Counted from the stretch's first letter, positions 1 to 8,914 are shown. The stretch: DNA of 32,000 bases from Geobacter sulfurreducens PCA (GCF_000007985.2 NC_002939.5:3600001-3632000), one strand, 5' to 3'. Translations and numbers: made by a program. The notes: generated from the letters alone by a model not told the origin.

Positions 1-35
1 CGGCGAAGAGCCCGAGGCGCCATGACGCAGGCACT

Positions 36-74
36 GAAAACAGAAGGCGGCCCCCCGTGTGGGAGGCCGCCTTG
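36..74 (-). terminator. Rho-independent terminator downstream of the trxA/TlpA-like operon
   Basis: Inverted repeat AAGGCGGCC (45-53) / GGCCGCCTT (66-74). On the minus strand the hairpin is followed by CTGTTTTC (complement of 36-44). Confidence 0.55.
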
Positions 75-101
75 TATGCGGACAGCGTGAATAGAAGCGC
101 C

Positions 102-617
102 TTACTTCTCAGCCAGCAGCTTCTTCACCAGGTCTTCCATTTTTCTCAGGGTCTCATCGGAGCCGCCCATGAACTTTTCCGCCACGTTACCTTTCTTGTC
201 GATGACGTACACCGTCGGCAACGACCGAAGCCCGTAATCGGTTTGAATGTCACCGGATGCCAGAGCCACGGGATAGTTGATCCGCTTGCTGAGGATAAAA
301 TCCTTGACTCCCTTCTCGTCTCCCTCGTCTAGAGAGAGGCCGAGAACCTGAAGCCCCTGTTTGCCGTACTTGCGATTGAGTGTTACCAAGTGGGGGATGG
401 CATCTCGGCAAGGGGGGCACCACGTGGCAAAAAAGTCGACCACCAGCACATAACCCTTATAATTGGCCAGACTGATGGGCTGGCCGGAAGTGCTTACCAC
501 CTTGAGAGGAGGAGCCGGCTCACCCTTTTTGGGCAGGGCGAAGGACGGCGATGTGAATCCGCTCACGATAACGAAGGCCGCTGCTGAGACGACCCCAAGG
601 ACTCCGGTAACCTTCAT
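102..617 (-). CDS. TlpA/ResA-like periplasmic thiol:disulfide oxidoreductase (thioredoxin fold, signal peptide or anchor)
   Basis: 171-aa ORF with hydrophobic N-terminus MKVTGVLGVVSAAAFVIVSG. Thioredoxin-fold active site FFATWCPPC. AhpC/TSA-TlpA-like layout (LVVDFFATWC ... LPTVYVIDKKG). SD GAGGGAG upstream of ATG 617. Confidence 0.85.
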   Translation of the reverse strand: MKVTGVLGVVSAAAFVIVSGFTSPSFALPKKGEPAPPLKVVSTSGQPISLANYKGYVLVVDFFATWCPPCRDAIPHLVTLNRKYGKQGLQVLGLSLDEGDEKGVKDFILSKRINYPVALASGDIQTDYGLRSLPTVYVIDKKGNVAEKFMGGSDETLRKMEDLVKKLLAEK

Positions 618-637
618 AAGACTCCCTCTTGTGCCGA

Positions 638-967
638 TTACAGCGCTTTTTTGATAAGCGCCTCAAGTTGGGCTTTGGGCACGGCCCCGACGACCTGATC
701 CACGACCTTGCCCTCCTTGAAGAGGATAACGGTAGGGATGCCGCGCACGCCGTACTTGCCCGGAGTTCCGGGGTTATCATCAACATTAACCTTGCCGACC
801 TTCACTTTTCCGTCAAATTCGTCGGCAATGGCATCGATGACAGGAGCGATGGCCTTGCAGGGGGCGCACCAGGTGGCCCAAAAATCAACGAGAACCGGAA
901 CGGGCGACTTGAGCACCTCGCTATCGAAGGTATCGTCACTGAATGTGAGGACTTTGTCACTGGCCAT
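638..967 (-). CDS. trxA: Thioredoxin
   Basis: The track ORF 638..1069 carries a non-homologous N-terminal extension. The internal ATG at 967 is preceded by AAAGGAGG and gives a 109-aa protein [19 protein letters not shown]...[12 protein letters not shown]...[11 protein letters not shown], canonical thioredoxin with a WCAPC site. Confidence 0.9.
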   Translation of the reverse strand: MASDKVLTFSDDTFDSEVLKSPVPVLVDFWATWCAPCKAIAPVIDAIADEFDGKVKVGKVNVDDNPGTPGKYGVRGIPTVILFKEGKVVDQVVGAVPKAQLEALIKKAL

Positions 968-990
968 GAAAGCCTCCTTTGCCGAAAAGA

Positions 991-1018
991 ATAGTATTTT
1001 TAGAATATAGCCGAGCAA
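991..1018 (-). promoter_or_regulatory. Candidate sigma70 promoter for trxA
   Basis: On the minus strand: TTGCTC (complement of 1013-1018), 16-nt spacer, TACTAT (complement of 991-996), about 25 nt upstream of the trxA start. Confidence 0.3.
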
Positions 1019-1172
1019 CTTCAAAACATCAAGGAGGAAATCGGTCGCAATCACCGCGATTCCCTCCACCGGGTGCCGTTTCCGGCAAGCGCGTCACCCT
1101 TGGCAAAAACGGTGAAATCTGCTACACCAGGACCACTGCGGTGCATTTTGTTGGCACCAGGGAAACAAACTC

Positions 1173-1847
1173 ATGACACTCCTCCCCATCAGCATCAACG
1201 TATCCGGGCGCCTCGTTACCATTGTGGGCGGCGGAGGGGTCGCCAGGCGCAAGTGTCTCTCGCTGCTGGAGGCCGGTGCCCGGGTGACGGTCGTTGCCCC
1301 CCGGCTTGATGAGCGGTTGATGAAGCTGGCCGATGAAGGCGCGATCTGCTTGGCGCAGCGGCCCTATGCCGACGGCGATCTGGCTGGGTCGGTCCTGGCC
1401 TATGCCGCTACCGACGATCCGGCTGTTAACCGGGCAGTGGCCGAGGAGGCCCATAACAGGGGGATTCCCGTTGACGTCACCGACGATCCCGAACGGGGGA
1501 GCTTTACCAGCCCGGCCGTCCTCAGACGAGGCGATCTGGTTATTGCAGTCTCCACCGGCGGGGGCGCTCCCGGCTTCGCAGCACGAGTCCGGGATGATAT
1601 TGCCGAAATCATCGGCCAGGAATATGCTGAAACCCTACTCATACTTGGCGCGATTCGTGAAAAGCTGTTGACTGCGTCAAAAAACGCCGCATACAATAAG
1701 CACATTTTGCACGACCTGTCCGCCGCACCGCTGCCTGAAATGGTCAGATCGCGGAACTTCGAGGAACTGGACCGAACCCTCGCACGCATCGCCGGTCCCG
1801 ACTTCACCCTGGAAAACCTGGGATTCGGGAGAAAGGACTCCCCATGA
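1173..1847 (+). CDS. Precorrin-2 dehydrogenase / sirohydrochlorin ferrochelatase (SirC / CysG N-terminal domain-like)
   Basis: 224 aa with N-terminal Rossmann motif VTIVGGGGVARRK...GARVTVVAP, typical of the siroheme synthase N-terminal domain. Its stop overlaps the next start (ATGA at 1844-1847). Confidence 0.8.
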   Translation: MTLLPISINVSGRLVTIVGGGGVARRKCLSLLEAGARVTVVAPRLDERLMKLADEGAICLAQRPYADGDLAGSVLAYAATDDPAVNRAVAEEAHNRGIPVDVTDDPERGSFTSPAVLRRGDLVIAVSTGGGAPGFAARVRDDIAEIIGQEYAETLLILGAIREKLLTASKNAAYNKHILHDLSAAPLPEMVRSRNFEELDRTLARIAGPDFTLENLGFGRKDSP

Positions 1848-2659
1848 ACGCCGTTCTTTTCGTCGCAACACTACTGCTCTACCTTGCTGCGACCGTCGCC
1901 TATCTCGCGTTTCTCGTCAAACCGCGAGAGGTACTCGGCAAGATCTCCCGATGGGTACTGACCGGCGGATTCGTGGTCCATGCCGTCTATACCGTGGACC
2001 GCTATATCGAGGCGGGCTACACGCCGATTACCAACCTCCACGAATCGCTCTCCTTTTTCGGTTTGGCGATCGCTGGGGTCTACCTGATCTTTGAGCGCAA
2101 GTACCGCACCATCATCCTCGGCTCCTTCGTTACCCCCCTCGTGCTCTTGATCCTGATCGGCTCCACCGGCTTCCCCTCGGCCATCTCGCCGCTCAATCCG
2201 GCTCTCAAGAGCCGCTGGCTCGCCGTCCATACGGTCATGGCGTTCCTGAGCTACGCAGCGTTCGCGGTAGCCTTCGGCGCCGCCATCATGTACCTGATCC
2301 AGGAGCATTTTCTCAAGAGCAAGAAGCTCGGCGCACTCTACCAGAAGCTTCCCTCCCTGGACGTGCTCGATGAAATCAACTACCGCTGCCTCACCCTCGG
2401 CTTTCCGCTCCTTACCTTCGCGATCATCAGCGGCGCCATCTGGGCGGAAAGCGCCTGGGGCACTTACTGGAGCTGGGACCCGAAGGAAACGTGGTCCCTC
2501 ATTACGTGGTTCGTCTACGCTGCACTCCTCCACGGCCGGCTCACCACCGGCTGGCGCGGCAAAAAGGCGGCCTGGCTCGCCATCATCGGTTTTTTCGTGC
2601 TCCTCTTTACCTTTCTCGGCGTGAACCTTTTCATGTCGGGGCTGCACAGCTACACGTGA
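1844..2659 (+). CDS. CcsA-family cytochrome c assembly / HemX-like integral membrane protein
   Basis: 271 aa, multiple hydrophobic helices, Trp-rich WWD-type heme-handling motif WAESAWGTYWSWDPKETWSLITW. It sits directly upstream of hemA, as HemX does in the Bacillus hemAXCDBL operon. Confidence 0.8.
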   Translation: MNAVLFVATLLLYLAATVAYLAFLVKPREVLGKISRWVLTGGFVVHAVYTVDRYIEAGYTPITNLHESLSFFGLAIAGVYLIFERKYRTIILGSFVTPLVLLILIGSTGFPSAISPLNPALKSRWLAVHTVMAFLSYAAFAVAFGAAIMYLIQEHFLKSKKLGALYQKLPSLDVLDEINYRCLTLGFPLLTFAIISGAIWAESAWGTYWSWDPKETWSLITWFVYAALLHGRLTTGWRGKKAAWLAIIGFFVLLFTFLGVNLFMSGLHSYT

Positions 2660-2677
2660 GAAAAGAGGCATACTGAT

Positions 2678-3982
2678 ATGAACATTGTTGTGGTGGGGCT
2701 CTCGCACAAGACAGCCTCCGTGGAAATTCGCGAGAAAATCGCTTTTGCCCCGACCCAGATGGAAAAGCCCCTGCGCATGCTCATCGCCATTGACGACATC
2801 GCCGAGGCGGTGATCGTCTCCACCTGTAACCGGGTCGAGCTCTACGCGTCGACCCGAGACGTGGCCGGCGGCATGGCGCGGCTCAAGCGCTTCCTGGGTG
2901 ACTATCACGGTGTCCCCGTCGAGGTTCTTGAGCCCCACCTGTACAGTCATCACGGCGAGGCGGCCATTCGTCACGTGTTCCGGGTAGCGGCAAGCCTTGA
3001 CTCCATGGTCGTGGGCGAACCCCAGATTCTCGGCCAGATCAAGACCGCCTACGGTTACGCCGCGGAGTTCAGGACTTCGGGCATCATCCTCAACCGCTTC
3101 CTGCACAAGGCATTTTCCGTGGCCAAACGGGTCCGTACCGAGACGAAGATTGCTTCGTCGGCCGTTTCGGTCTCATTTGCCGCCGTGGAGCTGGCCCGCA
3201 AGATATTCGGCGACCTTTCCGACAAGACCGTCATGCTCATCGGTGCCGGTGAAATGTGCGAACTGGCGGCGAAACACTTCCTGAACAACGGTGCGCGCGG
3301 CGTCATGGTCACCAACCGGACCTACGAGCGGGCCGAACGGCTCGCCGAAGAGTTCGAGGGAAAAGCGATCCACTTCGAGGATCTCTTCGACCAGCTCCAC
3401 AAGGCGGACATCGTCCTCTCCTCCACGGGCGCCACCCACTACATCATCCGGCCCAAGGACATCGACGAGGTGATTCGCCGCCGTAAGATGAAGCCCATGT
3501 TTTTCATAGACATCGCCGTTCCCCGGGATATCGACCCCAAGGTGAACGACGTGGAGAACGTCTATCTCTACGACATGGACGATCTCCAGAATGTGGTCGC
3601 CTCCAACCTCCAGCAACGGGCCGAGGAAGCCAAAAAGGCGGAAGGCATTATTGAGGAGGAGATCGGCCAGTTCTACAAATGGATATCAAGCCTTGAGGTC
3701 ACGCCGACCATCGTGGCCCTGCGCTCCAAATTCGAGGATGTCCGTCGGGCCGAACTGGAAAAGACCCTCTCGGCCTGGAAAGACCTGCCCCCCGACGGGG
3801 CTAAGCGGCTGGAGGCACTCACTGCCGCCATCGTCAACAAGCTCCTCCACCCTCCCACCGCCACTCTCAAGCGAACCGGCCAGGGGGGGCGAACCGATCT
3901 TTATGTGGACGCCCTGCGCACCCTCTTCGATCTCCAGACGGAGCTTCCGGAGCCCGAAGGAAGCCTGGAGCTTGAGGAGTGA
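2678..3982 (+). CDS. hemA: Glutamyl-tRNA reductase
   Basis: 434 aa: [20 protein letters not shown]...[10 protein letters not shown] (catalytic Cys motif), NADPH-binding [19 protein letters not shown] upstream. Confidence 0.95.
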   Translation: MNIVVVGLSHKTASVEIREKIAFAPTQMEKPLRMLIAIDDIAEAVIVSTCNRVELYASTRDVAGGMARLKRFLGDYHGVPVEVLEPHLYSHHGEAAIRHVFRVAASLDSMVVGEPQILGQIKTAYGYAAEFRTSGIILNRFLHKAFSVAKRVRTETKIASSAVSVSFAAVELARKIFGDLSDKTVMLIGAGEMCELAAKHFLNNGARGVMVTNRTYERAERLAEEFEGKAIHFEDLFDQLHKADIVLSSTGATHYIIRPKDIDEVIRRRKMKPMFFIDIAVPRDIDPKVNDVENVYLYDMDDLQNVVASNLQQRAEEAKKAEGIIEEEIGQFYKWISSLEVTPTIVALRSKFEDVRRAELEKTLSAWKDLPPDGAKRLEALTAAIVNKLLHPPTATLKRTGQGGRTDLYVDALRTLFDLQTELPEPEGSLELEE

Positions 3983-4040
3983 CCCGCTGCTGCATGTATG
4001 TTCTACCCCATTAACGAGACAGTAAGGAGACCGGAAACCT

Positions 4041-4997
4041 ATGGCACTTAACCGCCTCAGAATCGGAACCCGGGCGAGCCAGCTCGCTCTCTGGCAGGCC
4101 AATTGGGTCAAGTCCGAGCTGGAAAAACGCTACCCCGGCATGGAGGTCGAGCTGGTCAAGATCAAGACCATCGGCGACAAGATCCTTGACGTCCCCCTGG
4201 CCCAGGTGGGTGGCAAAGGACTCTTCGTGAAAGAGATCGAGGAGGCGATGCTGAGGGGCGAAATCGACATCGCCGTGCACAGCATGAAGGACGTGCCGAC
4301 CGAGTTTCCCGAAGGCCTCGGACTGGTCTGCATCACCGAGCGTGAAGACCCTCGTGATGCTTTCATTTCCAACGGCGTGACCTTCGCCAATCTGCCCCAG
4401 GGGGCGAAAATCGGTACATCGGCGCTGCGCCGCCAGGCCCAGCTCCTCAAGGTCCGTCCCGACCTCGAAATGGTAATAATCCGCGGCAACGTGGAGACGC
4501 GTATCCGGAAGCTCACCGAGGACAAGCTGGACGCCGTCATCCTGGCTGCCGCAGGCCTCAAGCGCCTCGGATTCACCGACGTGGTAACCGAATATCTGCC
4601 CGTTGATCTCTCCCTGCCGGCTATCGGCCAGGGCGCCCTGGGCCTGGAGTGCCGCCTCGACGACCAGGCCGTCCGCGAAACCATCGACTTTTTCAACCAC
4701 CCTGACACTGCACACGCGGTACGGGCCGAGCGGGCACTGCTCTGGCGCTGCGAGGGGGGATGCCAGGTTCCCATTGCCGCCCACGGCCAGGTGAGCGGAG
4801 ACTCCCTGACGCTGACCGGCTTTATCGCCTCCGTGGATGGCACCCGTTCCGTCAAGGAGAGCATCTCAGGGCCGGTGACCGACTGCGAGAAGCTGGGCAT
4901 TGCCCTGGCCGAGAAACTCCTCGCCGACGGCGGGCACGAGATTCTTGCCGAGGTCTACCAGCGGGAAGTGTCCCGGGAGAAGGAAATCCCGGTTTAA
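4041..4997 (+). CDS. hemC: Hydroxymethylbilane synthase (porphobilinogen deaminase)
   Basis: 318 aa: LRIGTRASQLALWQANWV, GGKGLFVKEIE, IDIAVHSMKDVP, RGNVETRIRKL, all HemC signatures. SD AAGGAG upstream. Confidence 0.95.
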   Translation: MALNRLRIGTRASQLALWQANWVKSELEKRYPGMEVELVKIKTIGDKILDVPLAQVGGKGLFVKEIEEAMLRGEIDIAVHSMKDVPTEFPEGLGLVCITEREDPRDAFISNGVTFANLPQGAKIGTSALRRQAQLLKVRPDLEMVIIRGNVETRIRKLTEDKLDAVILAAAGLKRLGFTDVVTEYLPVDLSLPAIGQGALGLECRLDDQAVRETIDFFNHPDTAHAVRAERALLWRCEGGCQVPIAAHGQVSGDSLTLTGFIASVDGTRSVKESISGPVTDCEKLGIALAEKLLADGGHEILAEVYQREVSREKEIPV

Positions 4998-5020
4998 TCG
5001 TCCATCCGCTTCACCGTCTC

Positions 5021-5108
5021 CGGCCACAGGGGCATGGAGGAATTCAGAGGAGGCCTGCCGGACCTTCTTCCTCTGAAATCCTCTGTGCCCCCTGTGGTCG
5101 GCTTTTTT
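5021..5108 (+). terminator. Compound stem-loop plus T6 tract between hemC and cobA-hemD (terminator or attenuator candidate)
   Basis: Outer stem CCACAGGGGC (5024-5033) / GCCCCCTGTGG (5087-5097). Inner stem TTCAGAGGA (5043-5051) / TCCTCTGAA (5069-5077). TTTTTT follows at 5103-5108. Confidence 0.45.
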
Positions 5109-5113
5109 GCACA

Positions 5114-6661
5114 ATGACCATGTCCACAGCTTCCCGCACCAATTGCCTTGTCTACCTCATCGGCGCCGGCCCCGGCGACCCGGGCCTCATTACGGTTCGG
5201 GGCCGGGAATGCATCGCACGGGCCGATGTGGTCATTTACGATTACCTGGCCAACGACGAACTCCTCTCCTTCGCCCGTCCCGATGCGGAACTCATTTATG
5301 CCGGCAAGGTTGGGGGGCAGCATAACCGGGCCCAGTGGCAGATCAATGAGCTCCTGGTCCGCAAGGCGCTTGAGGGACGCATCGTGGCGCGCCTCAAGGG
5401 TGGTGATCCCTTCGTCTTCGGCCGGGGCGGCGAGGAGTGCGAGGCCCTGGTCACCGCCGGCGTACCCTTCGAGGTGGTGCCGGGAGTGACTGCGGGAATC
5501 GGGGCAGCGGCCTACGCCGGCATCCCCCTTACCCACCGCAACGTCACCACATCGGTTGCCTTTGTCACGGGTCACGAGAGCCCGGGCAAGAAATCATCGG
5601 ACATCGATTGGGAGGGGCTCTCCCTCGGCAGCGGCACTGTTGTGTTTTACATGGGAGTCAAGAGTCTCCCGCACATTACGGAAAACCTCATGGCCCACGG
5701 CCGGCGCGCCGACACCCCGGTGGCCCTCGTCCGCTGGGGAACCCGACCGGAGCAGGAAGTTCTGGTGGGAACGCTGGCCGACATCGCCGACAAGGTCCGC
5801 CGCACAGGGTTCAAGGCACCGGCCATAACCGTTGTGGGCGAGGTGGTCCGGCTGAGGAAAACGCTTCGCTGGTTCGACAACCGGCCCCTTTTCGGTCGCA
5901 GTATCATGGTCACCCGCGCCGCCGACCAAGCGGGCGAATTCAGCGTCATGCTCCGTTCCCTGGGCGCACGGGTGCTTGAGTGTCCCACCATCGCCATCGC
6001 GCCACCCGAGAGCTGGGATGACCTCGACAGCGCCATCAGCCGCATCGATACCTTTGACTGGGCCATCTTCACCTCATTCAACGCGGTTCGCTTCTTCTTT
6101 CAGCGGCTGGACGCCGCGGGCCGTGACTCGCGCGCCCTGGGAGCCTGCCGGATCTGCGTCGTGGGCCCGAAAACGGCCGAAGCCCTTGCGCCCTACGGAA
6201 TCCGGCCCGACCTGGTGGCCGCAGACTATAAAGGGGAAGGGGTTATCGAGGCGCTTCGCGACGTACCGTTGGCCGGCAAGCGGGTCCTGTTTCCCAAAGG
6301 GGACCGGGCGCGGGACGTGATCCCCACGGGCCTTGCAGCCTTCGGCGCCCATGTCGAGGCGCCGGTCGCCTACCGCAACGCTGCGCCCGACGCCCTCCCG
6401 GCCGGCACTATCGAGGAACTGGAGGACCGGCGCATCCACTGCGTAACGTTTACCTCTTCTTCCACCGTGCAGAACCTGGCGGCCATTCTTGGGGAGAACA
6501 GAATGCTCCACCTGTTGGAAGGGGTTATTATAGCCTCCATCGGCCCCATCACCTCCCGCAGTTGCCGCGAGCTGGGGCTGCAGGTCCACATCGAGCCGCA
6601 GGAGTACACCCTGGCGGCTCTCACCGCTGAGATGGTCCGCCACTTCTCGGCACCCGCCTGA
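5114..6661 (+). CDS. cobA/hemD: Bifunctional uroporphyrinogen-III C-methyltransferase / uroporphyrinogen-III synthase (CobA-HemD fusion)
   Basis: Track ORF 4760..6661 overlaps hemC in another frame. Homology starts at ATG 5114 (MTMSTASRTNCLVYLIGAGPGDPGLITVRG, SAM-dependent SUMT motif). The C-terminal half (RSIMVTRAADQAGEF...FTSSSTVQN) is HemD-like. No SD precedes 5114, so the start is less certain than the gene call. Confidence 0.85.
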   Translation: MTMSTASRTNCLVYLIGAGPGDPGLITVRGRECIARADVVIYDYLANDELLSFARPDAELIYAGKVGGQHNRAQWQINELLVRKALEGRIVARLKGGDPFVFGRGGEECEALVTAGVPFEVVPGVTAGIGAAAYAGIPLTHRNVTTSVAFVTGHESPGKKSSDIDWEGLSLGSGTVVFYMGVKSLPHITENLMAHGRRADTPVALVRWGTRPEQEVLVGTLADIADKVRRTGFKAPAITVVGEVVRLRKTLRWFDNRPLFGRSIMVTRAADQAGEFSVMLRSLGARVLECPTIAIAPPESWDDLDSAISRIDTFDWAIFTSFNAVRFFFQRLDAAGRDSRALGACRICVVGPKTAEALAPYGIRPDLVAADYKGEGVIEALRDVPLAGKRVLFPKGDRARDVIPTGLAAFGAHVEAPVAYRNAAPDALPAGTIEELEDRRIHCVTFTSSSTVQNLAAILGENRMLHLLEGVIIASIGPITSRSCRELGLQVHIEPQEYTLAALTAEMVRHFSAPA

Positions 6662-6688
6662 GCCACGTTCACGGGGCAGTAGAGCTGA

Positions 6689-7465
6689 ATGGAGCCCTTG
6701 CTCACCGATACCCATTGCCATCTGGACGCCCCGCCCTTACGAGGACGCCTCGACGAGGTCCTGGCTTCGGCTCGCCATGCCGGCGTCGACCGGATCATCA
6801 TCCCCGGCGTTGCCCCTGAGGGGTGGGATGAGATCGTCCACCTGTCCCACAGGTACCCCCGTGTCTTCGCTGCCTTCGGCATCCATCCCATGTACGCGGA
6901 CCAGGCCGACGAGCAGACTCTCGCCCGGCTTGCAGGACTGGCGCGCGATGCCGTTGCCGTCGGTGAAATCGGCCTCGACTACCTCTGCGCCGTTCCCCGC
7001 CCCGTTCAACAGGCAGCCTTCAGGGCCCAGCTCCGCGTGGCAGCGGAGGCCGGCGTTCCCGTTCTGATTCACTGCCGCCGCGCTTTTGCCGACCTGCTTG
7101 CCATCCTGCGCGAAGAGAATATCTCCCGCATCGGCGGCGTGATGCACGCCTTTTCCGGGAGCGCCGAAATCATGGCAGAGTGCCTGAAACTCGGACTCCA
7201 CATTGCCGTTTCAGGGGTGGTGACACGCCCAAACGCGGTCCGCCCGCCGGAAATCGCACGCATCATCCCGGCGGACCGGCTACTCCTGGAAACCGATGCC
7301 CCCGACATGCCGCCCAATTCCCGGCTCGGGTGCCCCAACGAGCCGGCATTCCTCCCGGAGACGGCCCAACGGCTGGCGGAGCTCCGGGGAACGACCGTCC
7401 GGGAACTCGCCGCCCAGACAACCCGAAACGCCCTCAGGCTCTTCCGCCGGATCGGTACAATCTAA
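6689..7465 (+). CDS. TatD-family metal-dependent hydrolase
   Basis: 258 aa: N-terminal DTHCHLD, then GEIGLDY, LIHCR, ETDAP, the TatD amidohydrolase-fold motifs. Confidence 0.85.
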   Translation: MEPLLTDTHCHLDAPPLRGRLDEVLASARHAGVDRIIIPGVAPEGWDEIVHLSHRYPRVFAAFGIHPMYADQADEQTLARLAGLARDAVAVGEIGLDYLCAVPRPVQQAAFRAQLRVAAEAGVPVLIHCRRAFADLLAILREENISRIGGVMHAFSGSAEIMAECLKLGLHIAVSGVVTRPNAVRPPEIARIIPADRLLLETDAPDMPPNSRLGCPNEPAFLPETAQRLAELRGTTVRELAAQTTRNALRLFRRIGTI

Positions 7466-7492
7466 CCAATTGCCCTGGCAGCGAGGTATCCC

Positions 7493-8260
7493 ATGTCCCT
7501 TCACCGTTTTTCACGCACCGAGATCCTGATCGGCCCCGAAGGACTTCAGCGGCTGCACGGCTCGACTGTGGCCGTGTTCGGCCTCGGCGGAGTCGGCAGC
7601 TTCGCGGCAGAGGCCCTCTGCCGCGCCGGGGTCGGCCGGCTGGTCCTCGTCGATTTCGACGATATCTGCCTCACCAACGTCAACCGGCAGCTCCACGCCC
7701 TGGACGGGACCGTGGGGAGGGCCAAGGTGCAGGTCATGGCCGAACGCCTCCGCCTCATCAATCCCCAAGCGGACATCGTCCCGCACAAGGACTTCTACGA
7801 GGCGGCGAACAGCGACTTCCTCCTCTCGGGGGGTCATGACTACGTGGTGGACGCCATTGACCACATCACGAGCAAGCTCCACCTGATCAGAAGCTGCAAG
7901 GAGCGGGGGCTGCCCATCGTCTCAAGCATGGGGGCCGCCAACAAGCTTGACCCGGCTCGGATTCGCGTGGCTGACATCGCCCAGACGAGCACCTGCCGCA
8001 TGGCCAAGGTGGTGCGAAAGCTCCTCCGCAAGCAGGGGATCAAAAACGGGGTGAAGGTGGTCTACTCCACCGAAGAGTACCGTGAACAGGCTATGCCTGA
8101 TGCCGGGTGCCGGTCCGACTGCATCTGCCCCAACAAAGAGGAGCAGCGCTTCTCCTGCGAGCACCGCCGGACGATCCTCGGCAGCATTTCCTTCATTCCC
8201 AGCATATTCGGCCTCACCATGGCCGGCGTCGTGGTGAACGACCTGCTGGAGCCCCGTTGA
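7493..8260 (+). CDS. tcdA: ThiF/MoeB-family E1-like enzyme, tRNA threonylcarbamoyladenosine dehydratase TcdA-like
   Basis: 255 aa: VAVFGLGGVGSFAAEALCRAGVGRLVLVDFDDICLTNVNRQ nucleotide-binding motif. Size and lack of a rhodanese domain fit TcdA/CsdL. Confidence 0.75.
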   Translation: MSLHRFSRTEILIGPEGLQRLHGSTVAVFGLGGVGSFAAEALCRAGVGRLVLVDFDDICLTNVNRQLHALDGTVGRAKVQVMAERLRLINPQADIVPHKDFYEAANSDFLLSGGHDYVVDAIDHITSKLHLIRSCKERGLPIVSSMGAANKLDPARIRVADIAQTSTCRMAKVVRKLLRKQGIKNGVKVVYSTEEYREQAMPDAGCRSDCICPNKEEQRFSCEHRRTILGSISFIPSIFGLTMAGVVVNDLLEPR

Positions 8261-8276
8261 AAATTGCGTTGACCGG

Positions 8277-8304
8277 TTGAACGGCGCACAAGTGCCGCTA
8301 TACT
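8277..8304 (+). promoter_or_regulatory. Candidate sigma70 promoter of the ferritin-like gene
   Basis: TTGAAC (8277-8282), 16-nt spacer, TATACT (8299-8304). TGTGT-TT-ACACA inverted repeat at 8304-8315 directly downstream. Confidence 0.45.
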
Positions 8305-8348
8305 GTGTTTACACAATCGATATGATGGGATGAAAGGAGGAATACTTC

Positions 8349-8846
8349 ATGGGTAAGGAATATTCGGTACAGGAAGCTCTTAAGCTGGCAATCAAGGGTG
8401 AAAAGGACAGCATGGACTTCTACCGCAAGGCAGCGACCGTTACCAAGAATGAGCGGGCCAGGAAAGTCTTCGACCTGCTCGCCAATGAAGAAGTCGGCCA
8501 CCTCAAGGCATTCTTCGACCACTACAAGGGGGGCGATTTCGGCGACATCACCGTCTACATGGCCCAGCCGGTCGACACCAAGAATCCGACCTACATGGCG
8601 CTCGTGAAGGCCATCGACGAAGAAACCCACGAGCAGAAAGCGCTCGAAATCGCCCTGAAAGAGGAAAAGGCCTGCATCGACCAGTACACCGTCCTTGCCA
8701 AGGACATTATCGATCCCTTGGTCAAGGGAATCTTCCAACAGGTCATCAAGGAGACGGAAAAGCATCTGGCGCTGATCGAGGAGGAGTATCGGCACGTCAT
8801 GACCATGGTCCACGAATCGGACCAGGACACGTACGTGCGGGAATAA
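8349..8846 (+). CDS. Stand-alone rubrerythrin-like / ferritin-like diiron four-helix-bundle protein
   Basis: 165 aa. Two E...ExxH pairs (GEKDSMDFY...NEEVGH; LKEEKACIDQY...ETEKH). Paralogous to the 12249..12701 product. Strong SD AAAGGAGG. Confidence 0.8.
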   Translation: MGKEYSVQEALKLAIKGEKDSMDFYRKAATVTKNERARKVFDLLANEEVGHLKAFFDHYKGGDFGDITVYMAQPVDTKNPTYMALVKAIDEETHEQKALEIALKEEKACIDQYTVLAKDIIDPLVKGIFQQVIKETEKHLALIEEEYRHVMTMVHESDQDTYVRE

Positions 8847-8882
8847 TCGAAGAGAACACCGGCGTTCTTTACCATCATGAAA

Positions 8883-8914
8883 AGAGCGGCCCCGCATCGA
8901 GGGGTCGCTCTTTT
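8883..8914. terminator. Bidirectional rho-independent terminator between convergent genes
   Basis: AGAGCGGCCCC (8883-8893) / GGGGTCGCTCT (8901-8911), one G-T pair. Flanked by AAA upstream and TTT downstream. Lies between the ferritin-like (+) and FmdB (-) genes. Confidence 0.6.

Noticed and set aside
1871-3106. 411-aa ORF on the minus strand, antisense to the CcsA/HemX-like gene and hemA
   Set aside because: Shadow ORF typical of high-GC DNA. It lies opposite two genes with unmistakable homology. Its sequence is Gly/Arg/Asp/His/Val-rich and has no recognisable motif or SD.
4760-5113. 118-codon N-terminal extension of the cobA-hemD ORF
   Set aside because: It overlaps the 3' end of hemC in another frame and runs through the intercistronic hairpin. 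Its Arg/Pro/Gly-rich sequence has no homology to SUMT. Homology begins at ATG 5114.
7180-7839. 219-aa Pro/Arg/Gly-rich plus-strand ORF spanning the TatD/TcdA junction
   Set aside because: It is an alternative frame of two well-supported genes, and its composition is typical of an off-frame translation of GC-rich coding DNA.
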